Shown one piece after another: positions 36,844 to 43,390 of a stretch of DNA of 43,390 nt. A program made the translations under genes and the position numbers. The DNA is from Candidatus Aerophobota bacterium. Its GTDB lineage: Bacteria > Aerophobota > Aerophobia > Aerophobales > Aerophobaceae. How positions within the stretch are numbered: the first letter of the stretch is position 1; every line of letters begins with the position of its first letter. The stretch covers positions 1 through 43,390 of the forward strand of contig DAOVGF010000071.1 in the NCBI GenBank assembly GCA_030672545.1. The letters are read 5' to 3'. A model generated the notes under the pieces. It was not told the origin of the DNA. It ran no database searches and worked only from the letters and a program-made list of their open reading frames with translations.

Positions 36844-37686
36844 TTAAGCGGCTATGAACAATTGGTAATAGTAGTAAAAAAAAGGAGCCACAAATATCAT
36901 ACTGTCAAAACGATCCAGTAATCCCCCGTGTCCGGGAAGAAACTTACCAAAATCCTTGATTCCCAACCCTCTTTTGAGCATAGATTCAAAGAAATCTCCC
37001 AACTGCCCCATTACCCCACCCAGACCACCTAAAACCAGGATATGATACCAGGGTAAAGGAAGCCAGCAATATGAAATCAGAGCCCCGGTTAGACTTAAAC
37101 TTATCGCCCCTATGAACCCCTCTACTGTCTTATGAGCACTTAGAATAGAAAAAAAGCGGTGGCGGCCCCACATTTTTCCCACGAAATAGGCTCCACTGTC
37201 TCCCATCCAGGTAATGAAAAAAGTGGTGAGAACCAGCCATTTTCCCATTCCGGGAATTGCCCTGAGAAGAATCAGATAGCTAAGTAAGAAGCTTACATAA
37301 AGGATTCCTGTTAGAGAAAAGGAAATATCCCTCATAACTCCGGAAATCCGGAGGAGAAAGAACTGATGTAAAAAAACAAGAAAAATTATCACGATCAAAA
37401 CCAGGGGAATAACTCTTTCCCCAGTAAAGAAAAACAAAAGGGGAATCAAAATACCCAGGCTAATATCATAAAGCGAAACAGATTTATCTTCCTTGTCGGC
37501 CACGGCCCGAAAAAGTTCATATAGAGCCCAGGCAATTATGGAACAAGTTAAGGCCAGGAAAACTAACTGATGACTACACAGAATTACCAGAACAAAAATA
37601 GGAATAAAGATAATAGCTACCAGGCACCTTTTTAGAACGACCTTATTCTTGGTTAATCCCTCCAAATCTCCTCTCCCGATTAGCAT
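36844..37686 (-). CDS. cdsA: Phosphatidate cytidylyltransferase
   Basis: The polytopic protein has the C-terminal signature 'SMLKRGLGIKDFGKFLPGHGGLLDRFDS'. The start is uncertain: the track uses TTG 37722, ATG 37686 is shown here, and TTG 37665 is also possible. All three overlap the uppS 3' end. Confidence 0.8.
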   Translation of the reverse strand: MLIGRGDLEGLTKNKVVLKRCLVAIIFIPIFVLVILCSHQLVFLALTCSIIAWALYELFRAVADKEDKSVSLYDISLGILIPLLFFFTGERVIPLVLIVIIFLVFLHQFFLLRISGVMRDISFSLTGILYVSFLLSYLILLRAIPGMGKWLVLTTFFITWMGDSGAYFVGKMWGRHRFFSILSAHKTVEGFIGAISLSLTGALISYCWLPLPWYHILVLGGLGGVMGQLGDFFESMLKRGLGIKDFGKFLPGHGGLLDRFDSMIFVAPFFYYYYQLFIAA

Positions 37687-38368
37687 AGTCCCGGATAGCT
37701 CTAAGAAAATTTTCTTTTCCAAAGTCAGGCCAAAAGGTGGTAGTTATCCACAACTCGGTATAAGCAATATACCAGAGCAAAAAATTGCTCACCCGAAAAT
37801 CACCTCCCGTGCGGATAAGTAAATCAGGATAGGGTAAATCGGCCATATACAAATAATTCTTAAACAGGGCTATATCTATTTTCTCCGGACTAAGCTCTCC
37901 CTGCTTAACTTGATTAAATAGACTACGCACAGCATCAACTATTTCCTCCTGACCTCCGTAGTCTATGGCCAGATTAAGAATAAATTCTCTATTCGGCTGG
38001 GTGTGAGTCATTACCTCTTCAATTTTCTTCACCAAAGACAAAGGAAGACGATCTCTTCTCCCAATCACCCGAAGCTGAGTCTTTTTCTTCATTAGATCTT
38101 TCTCTTCCCGCACCAGATAATCTTTGAACTGTTTCATTAGAAAATTAATCTCTCTGCGGGGCCGATTCCAGTTTTGCCGGGAGAAAGCATAAAGAGTTAG
38201 AATCCTTATCCCTAACTCCGAACAAATATCCGTAATCTCCCTGATTTTCTTCATGCCGATTCGATGACCCTCAATTCGGGCCAGTCCCTTCTTCTTGGCC
38301 CACCTACCATTACCGTCCATGATAATGGCTACGTGCTCAGGAAGTTTCTGCTCCGGCTTAATTAACAT
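37643..38368 (-). CDS. uppS: Isoprenyl (undecaprenyl) diphosphate synthase
   Basis: The ORF has 'HVAIIMDGNGRWA', 'LTLYAFSRQNWNRP' and 'DLLIRTGGDFRVSNFLLWYIAYTEL'. Confidence 0.93.
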   Translation of the reverse strand: MLIKPEQKLPEHVAIIMDGNGRWAKKKGLARIEGHRIGMKKIREITDICSELGIRILTLYAFSRQNWNRPRREINFLMKQFKDYLVREEKDLMKKKTQLRVIGRRDRLPLSLVKKIEEVMTHTQPNREFILNLAIDYGGQEEIVDAVRSLFNQVKQGELSPEKIDIALFKNYLYMADLPYPDLLIRTGGDFRVSNFLLWYIAYTELWITTTFWPDFGKENFLRAIRDYANRERRFGGINQE

Positions 38369-38395
38369 CTTTTCCCAAAAAGGAATATCGGATTT

Positions 38396-39673
38396 TCACC
38401 TCTTCACCAGACTAAAAATAAATACCGCCTCGGCGGCGATTTCTCCCTCCACAGTACTGATAGCCTCCACTTTACCAGTTTTTTTCCTCAAATTCAACAT
38501 TTTTACTCGGGTAATTAATTGATCTCCGGGAACCACCGGCTTTCTGAATCGAGCCTTATCAATTCCGGCAAAATAGGCTAACTTACCCTGGTTCTCGCTC
38601 TTCCTAAGAAGATAAACCCCGGCTACTTGAGCCATGGCTTCCACAATTAAAGCAGCGGGAACCACCGGATGCCCGGGGAAATGACCCTCAAAAAAGGGCT
38701 CGTTTACGGTGAAATTTTTTAGTCCCGTTATTTCCTGTTTGCCCAAGCTTAGAATCTTATCTACCAGGAGAAAAGGGTAGCGGTGAGGAAGTATTTTTTG
38801 GATGGCCTTTATATCCAGAGAAATATTCTCCTCATTTTCCCTTCTGATCAACTCCTCCATCTTTTGGGCCAGTTTCACATGGTAAAGGTGTCCCGTTTTA
38901 ACGGCTACTATGTGAGCTTTAATGGGTTTTCCTATTAAATACAGATCTCCAATTAAGTCCAGTATCTTGTGACGAACAGGCTCGTTGGGAAATCTAAAAC
39001 CTTCTTTATTGATCACTCCCTTAGAATCGATTACTACAGCATTTTTTAGAGAACCGCCCTGGATCAGACCTTTCTCCTTGAGCATCTCAATTTCCTCCAT
39101 AAATCCGAAAGTTCTTGAGGGAGCAATTTCCTCAACAAAGGTCCGTTCATTGATCACAAATTCAGCAAATTGGGAATTTAGAAAACTATGAGAAAAATCC
39201 ACTGTGTAGGTTATTCTAAATTCATTAGCCGGCACAACTATCAATCTTTTATCACCTTGTCCTATCCAAAAGGGCTCTTTGACCTTAAAAAAAGAACGTG
39301 GTTCGTCTTGCTCCACGGTACCCGTTCTTTGGATAAGTTCCACAAAAGGAAGGGCACTACCGTCCCCGGCGGGAAATTCTTCACCATTCATCTTAATAAT
39401 AATATTGTCCACTCCCAGACCGGAAAGAGCAGCTAAAATGTGCTCCACAGTGGTAATCTTAACCTCACCTTCTCCAATACTTGTCCCTCTCAGATTACTA
39501 ACTACCTTAGAGGCTTTCGCTTTAATCCAGGGAGAATTTGGCAAATCCGTTCTAACAAAAATTACTCCTTTGCCTGCACCGGCCGGCTCCAAAGTAACGG
39601 TAACTTCCTCTCCGGTATGCAGACTCATCCCCTTGTAGCTAACTGCTTGCCTAATAGTCCTTTGGAACTCCAT
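38396..39673 (-). CDS. lpxC/fabZ: Bifunctional UDP-3-O-acyl-GlcNAc deacetylase / 3-hydroxyacyl-ACP dehydratase (LpxC-FabZ fusion)
   Basis: The N-terminal LpxC part carries 'QRTI...[15 protein letters not shown]' and 'TVEHILAAL'. The C-terminal FabZ part carries '[14 protein letters not shown]' and '[23 protein letters not shown]'. Confidence 0.92.
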   Translation of the reverse strand: MEFQRTIRQAVSYKGMSLHTGEEVTVTLEPAGAGKGVIFVRTDLPNSPWIKAKASKVVSNLRGTSIGEGEVKITTVEHILAALSGLGVDNIIIKMNGEEFPAGDGSALPFVELIQRTGTVEQDEPRSFFKVKEPFWIGQGDKRLIVVPANEFRITYTVDFSHSFLNSQFAEFVINERTFVEEIAPSRTFGFMEEIEMLKEKGLIQGGSLKNAVVIDSKGVINKEGFRFPNEPVRHKILDLIGDLYLIGKPIKAHIVAVKTGHLYHVKLAQKMEELIRRENEENISLDIKAIQKILPHRYPFLLVDKILSLGKQEITGLKNFTVNEPFFEGHFPGHPVVPAALIVEAMAQVAGVYLLRKSENQGKLAYFAGIDKARFRKPVVPGDQLITRVKMLNLRKKTGKVEAISTVEGEIAAEAVFIFSLVKR

Positions 39674-40694
39674 CTTTTACCCCTCTTTGGCTCATCTTTT
39701 CCAGTTTCTCAATTCTTTGCAGAATATGGGGGAGACGATTTATAATGGCTTTTATTTTTTTCTGTTTTGCATGAGGACGAGCCGGAAACCCGGAAACAAA
39801 CTGATTTGCCGCAATATTCTTGGTCACCCCGGATTTGGCTGCTACCACCACATTCTCCTCTACCCTAACATGGTCAGTAACTCCGGCCTGACCCGCCAGT
39901 ATAACACCTTTACCGATAGTCGAACTACCTGAGATACCTACCAAGGCTACTATGGCAACATTTTCCCCCACCGTAACGTTATGAGCCACGTGAACCAGAT
40001 TATCAATTTTTGAGCCCCGTCCTATGCGAGTTTCACCCAGAGTGGCTCGATCAATAGCAACATTAGCCCCAATTTCCACATCATCTTCAATAACCACTCG
40101 GCCGAGCTGAGGTATCTTGTAATACGAGCCATCTTTCTGGCGAGCGAAACCAAAGCCATCCGAGCCAATAACCGTCCCCGGATGAATAATTACTCTCCGG
40201 CCAATGATGGTATTGTCCATAATAGTGACCCGGGAAGAAACCCGGGTATCTTTACCGACCTCAACTTTTCTTCCCAGATAAACAAAAGCTGACAGACAAA
40301 TATTATCATCCAACTTGACATCATCCTCGACAACTACGTAGGGCCCGATACTTATATTTTTGCCAATTTTTAATCTTTTCCCCAAGACAACTGTAGAATG
40401 GATACCTTTGAAATACTCTCCTTGAGGAGCAAAAAGTTCCAGAATCTGAGCAAAAGCCAGACGAGGATCTCCTACCCGAATAATGGGCTTGGGGAAATCT
40501 TTTACCTCCAGAGAAACAATAACTGCGGAAGCCTGAGACTGCTGAGCCTGACGAAGAAACTTCTCTGAGGTAGCCAGAGCAATCTCTCCTTCCCTGGCCT
40601 CCTCAGGCTTGGCTACCCCCTGAATCAGTAACTGTTTATCTCCCACTACCTCTCCTTCCACCAGTTGAGCTAATTCTAACAAGGTTTTCCTCAT
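39651..40694 (-). CDS. lpxD: UDP-3-O-acylglucosamine N-acyltransferase
   Basis: The 347-aa ORF has the N-terminal '[15 protein letters not shown]' region followed by long hexapeptide (LbH) repeats. It overlaps lpxC/fabZ by 23 nt. Confidence 0.92.
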   Translation of the reverse strand: MRKTLLELAQLVEGEVVGDKQLLIQGVAKPEEAREGEIALATSEKFLRQAQQSQASAVIVSLEVKDFPKPIIRVGDPRLAFAQILELFAPQGEYFKGIHSTVVLGKRLKIGKNISIGPYVVVEDDVKLDDNICLSAFVYLGRKVEVGKDTRVSSRVTIMDNTIIGRRVIIHPGTVIGSDGFGFARQKDGSYYKIPQLGRVVIEDDVEIGANVAIDRATLGETRIGRGSKIDNLVHVAHNVTVGENVAIVALVGISGSSTIGKGVILAGQAGVTDHVRVEENVVVAAKSGVTKNIAANQFVSGFPARPHAKQKKIKAIINRLPHILQRIEKLEKMSQRGVKDGVPKDY

Positions 40695-41254
40695 TACCCC
40701 GCCCTGTTTTGTTGATAAGCCTGATTTAACTCCCTCAGAACAGTATCGGTAAGGTCAAACTCTGCCTCAGGAGTAGCATATAAGAGAGACATACTGTCAA
40801 AAACGAGCCGATAACCATCTCTTTCAGCAATCTCTTTTATTTTACCCATTATGTCAGTCAAGATCATCTGGGAATACTCTTCTTGTTTTTTCCGAAAATC
40901 CTGGCTAATTGGCCCTTTTAGATTGTTCACATAAGCTTCTTTCCGGGAAATCTCGGCCTCTCTTTCTTTCTTAGCTGACTCGGTAAGCAGAAGTTCCTGA
41001 GCTTTCAGTTCCTCCTTCAAGGCCATTAGCTCTTTTCCTAAAGCTTGTAGTTCTCGTTCTCGGGTATCGAATTCAGTTCTTAATTGGGTCTCTAAGTCTG
41101 CTTTTTTCAGATACTCATCAAAAACTTTCTGAACACTTACATACCCGATCTTCACTACCAGTTCTGCCCTAACCGGTAAAGAGCCAACAACCGTAAAGAG
41201 ACCAAGTAATAAGAAAAAACTAACTACCCCGGTGGTCAATCTCCTTAATCTCAT
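40694..41254 (-). CDS. skp: OmpH/Skp-family periplasmic chaperone
   Basis: The protein has a signal peptide and a long coiled-coil ('LQ.EF..RE.ELQ....L..LKEEL'). It sits in the conserved position upstream of lpxD, with a TAATG stop/start overlap. Confidence 0.75.
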   Translation of the reverse strand: MRLRRLTTGVVSFFLLLGLFTVVGSLPVRAELVVKIGYVSVQKVFDEYLKKADLETQLRTEFDTRERELQALGKELMALKEELKAQELLLTESAKKEREAEISRKEAYVNNLKGPISQDFRKKQEEYSQMILTDIMGKIKEIAERDGYRLVFDSMSLLYATPEAEFDLTDTVLRELNQAYQQNRAG

Positions 41255-41267
41255 AACTTATTCTCCC

Positions 41268-41702
41268 TTAAATGATTTCTGAAACACCTAATTTATGAAG
41301 AATTTCCTCCTCTTTTCTCTGCATCTGCTTCCTTTTTTCCTTATCATTGTCCCGGTACCCGGCCAGATGCAACAGTCCATGAATGACCAGAAGAGCCAGT
41401 TCCTCATTTAGCTTATGCTCCAGGTCTTCAGCCTGTCTGGCCGCATCTTCTACTGAAATAACTACCTCCCCCACCATATCTTTAGTGGAAATAAACTCTC
41501 CTCCCAGAGGAAAAGCTAAAACATCCGTAGCCCTATCTCTTCCCAGAAACTCCTTATTTAACCGCCTAATTTCCTCAGAATCCACCAGGACTATTCCGGC
41601 TTGTTTTCTGCCCACGAACTCCAATTTTAAAGTAAGAGAGGCCGCTTTTCGCAACAAAGTAAAATCAACCTTCCTTTTTTGTCGATTACTAATGGATAAC
41701 AA
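41268..41702 (-). CDS. ybeY: rRNA maturation endoribonuclease YbeY
   Basis: The ORF has the zinc motif 'HGLLHLAGYRD'. It uses a TTG start and overlaps the upstream gene by 14 nt. Confidence 0.9.
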   Translation of the reverse strand: MLSISNRQKRKVDFTLLRKAASLTLKLEFVGRKQAGIVLVDSEEIRRLNKEFLGRDRATDVLAFPLGGEFISTKDMVGEVVISVEDAARQAEDLEHKLNEELALLVIHGLLHLAGYRDNDKEKRKQMQRKEEEILHKLGVSEII

Positions 41703-43191
41703 CTTTCCGCCTGGCCTTAGTTTTTAATCCAAAAGGTCTTTGTTTGAGCATCCCCTCGGGGTACCGACCCCGACTATGGATAATACCCGTGAGAACCCGA
41801 GTAAAAGCATCTCTTAGCTTATTTAATTCCTTCATGGTTAAATCACACTCATCCAGTTGGCCATCTTTTATCTTATTGTCAATTATTCTCTCCACCTGAT
41901 TAACGGTGGCTTGGTGAGACTTGCTGGGTGAAAAACGAAATCCCGCCTCCACGGAATCAGCCAGCATAACGATAGCTGACTCTTTGCTGGAGGGTTTAGG
42001 CCCGGGGTAACAGAAGCTTTCCTCATTCACCTTTTCCTTCACTCCCCTGGATTGCCACAGAGCCTTACGGTAAAAATAAGCCATCAGTCCCGCTCCGTGG
42101 TGCTGGGCAATGATATCCATCACCGCTTTGGGCAGGCGATAAATCCCGGCCAGTTCCAGACCATCGGCCACATGAGAAATGATTATCCGGGAACTTAGGT
42201 GAGGAGTAACACTCTGGTGGTAGTCACTTCCTCCACTTGGGCTGTTTTCATAAAAAAAATGGGGACGGCTAAGTTTTCCCACATCGTGATAGTAAGCTCC
42301 CACCTGGGTAAGAAGTGAATTTGCCCCAATACTCTCAGCGGCTACCACAGCCAGAGTACTTACGGTAGTGGTGTGATGAAAAGTCCCCGGTGCTTCCAGA
42401 GCCAGCCTTTTAAGAAGAGGATGATTTAGATCGGTAAGCTCTAACAGTCTAATATTGGTAGTAACACCAAAATAGGTCTCCAAATAAGGTAACAATATAG
42501 TAGCCAGAACTCCGGAGAATAGACCCCCAGCCACTCCCCAGAAAACCTCTCTACTTAGTTCCATAAAAGGAGCGCCTTTCCCCAGTTCAACACCCAATAT
42601 GAAAAGACCGCTAAAGAGCCCTACATAAAGTCCGCTCTTAGTTAGATCAGTCCGCTGACAGGTAGAAGGGCCAAAAAAACCACCCACCATGCTGACTAAA
42701 ACTAATACCGGGAGAATCCTCAAATTACCGGAAGCAAAAACAAAAAGAACACTTAAGAGAGTAGCCGAAAAAATGGCCAAAAAAGTACTGAAAAGAAGAG
42801 AGACCAAAATGGCCAAAAAAGCAATAGGAATGAAGTAATTGGAAACAGAATCAAGCAAAATGGTAGTTTTCCCCATAAAAGCAGTGGAGATAAAGATAAT
42901 GAAAAATAGAAAGAGAGATTTATGAGTAAGAAATTGTGAGGAAAAACGACCGAGATAGCTCAGGAGGAGTAAAGTTACCAGACCTATTAAAAAAATCATA
43001 GTCAACTGATTATTTTTTTCTACTGTGGGATAGGGGAGAAAAACAAATATTATCAGGAGGGCTCCCATCAACCCCCCTCCCCAAATCCAGCCAGTCAGGC
43101 TACTTTTAGAAAATAGTCCTTTTAGCCGGAATGAACTCCTTTTCACTCGGCCCTCACCTGCTCTGCTTGCCATAATTAATCTTTCATTCAC
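41689..43191 (-). CDS. 7TM-HD (PgpH/YqfF-like) membrane phosphohydrolase
   Basis: The N-terminal half is polytopic. The C-terminal HD domain carries 'GTFHHT', 'YYHDVGK' and 'IIAQHHG'. It occupies the classic phoH-yqfF-ybeY operon position and uses a GTG start. Confidence 0.85.
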   Translation of the reverse strand: MNERLIMASRAGEGRVKRSSFRLKGLFSKSSLTGWIWGGGLMGALLIIFVFLPYPTVEKNNQLTMIFLIGLVTLLLLSYLGRFSSQFLTHKSLFLFFIIFISTAFMGKTTILLDSVSNYFIPIAFLAILVSLLFSTFLAIFSATLLSVLFVFASGNLRILPVLVLVSMVGGFFGPSTCQRTDLTKSGLYVGLFSGLFILGVELGKGAPFMELSREVFWGVAGGLFSGVLATILLPYLETYFGVTTNIRLLELTDLNHPLLKRLALEAPGTFHHTTTVSTLAVVAAESIGANSLLTQVGAYYHDVGKLSRPHFFYENSPSGGSDYHQSVTPHLSSRIIISHVADGLELAGIYRLPKAVMDIIAQHHGAGLMAYFYRKALWQSRGVKEKVNEESFCYPGPKPSSKESAIVMLADSVEAGFRFSPSKSHQATVNQVERIIDNKIKDGQLDECDLTMKELNKLRDAFTRVLTGIIHSRGRYPEGMLKQRPFGLKTKARRKVVIH

Positions 43192-43390
43192 GACTTTCGT
43201 AAGCCTCCACCATCTCCTGGACCAACCGGTGCCGCACTACATCTCTGCGTGTAAGGTAAATAGTCTGAATTCCTTTTATTTCAGTAAAAAGGGACTGAAC
43301 TTGTACCAGGCCCGAAGACTTAGGTGGAGAAAGATCAATTTGAGTAATATCCCCGGCGATCACCACTTTGGAACCAAATCCCAGCCTAGT
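43184..43390 (-). CDS. phoH: PhoH-like ATPase (C-terminal fragment; gene continues beyond the window)
   Basis: 'VIAGDITQIDL' and 'DVVRHRLVQEMVEAYE' are typical of the PhoH C-terminus. The reading frame stays open to the window edge. Confidence 0.85.
   Translation of the reverse strand, partial: TRLGFGSKVVIAGDITQIDLSPPKSSGLVQVQSLFTEIKGIQTIYLTRRDVVRHRLVQEMVEAYESRE

Noticed and set aside
38396-39673. I considered the LpxC-FabZ fusion as a novelty.
   Set aside because: This bifunctional fusion is already well known in several diderm phyla, including Bacteroidota and Chlorobiota and their relatives. It is useful only as a weak taxonomic hint.

Overview
This 43.4-kb window comes from a diderm (LPS/BamA-type) bacterium. 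The organism is probably an uncultivated FCB-like or candidate-phylum lineage, judged from a T9SS-type C-terminal sorting domain, a PorV-like porin and an LpxC-FabZ fusion. I cannot name the taxon from sequence alone. I call 40 CDS (36 on the minus strand, 4 on the plus strand), RNase P RNA and two tRNAs. The coding content is almost entirely housekeeping: secA, ilvB, uvrC, ogt, rsmD, bamA, clpC, purA, dnaB, serA plus a class-V aminotransferase, rpmA, rnhA, argB, archease plus rtcB, cimA-leuD-vorB, rseP, cdsA-uppS-lpxC/fabZ-lpxD-skp, and ybeY-pgpH-phoH. The only accessory-looking block is 8.2-12.5 kb, which holds an ABC-2 exporter, a PorV-like OMP and a secreted papain-family peptidase with a T9SS CTD. 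I found no CRISPR array, transposase, integrase, toxin-antitoxin pair or recognisable defence genes, and I cannot support a claim of a novel multigene system here. The most unusual content is non-coding. (1) A dispersed REP-like family (GTAG + covarying 6-7 bp stem + constant TTTA loop) occurs as singlets and as REPIN-like inverted doublets in most of the longer intergenic regions. (2) A second interleaved repeat family carries the core GAGATTGC...CTCCTCGCAATGACA. (3) Two arrays of a 9-nt tandem repeat are present. (4) rnpB has a 5' end, and a candidate promoter, inside the 3' end of rnhA. Many ORF-track entries start at GTG or TTG (shown as M). I adjusted several starts using Shine-Dalgarno spacing. 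Hand-derived coordinates for non-coding features may be off by 1-2 nt.
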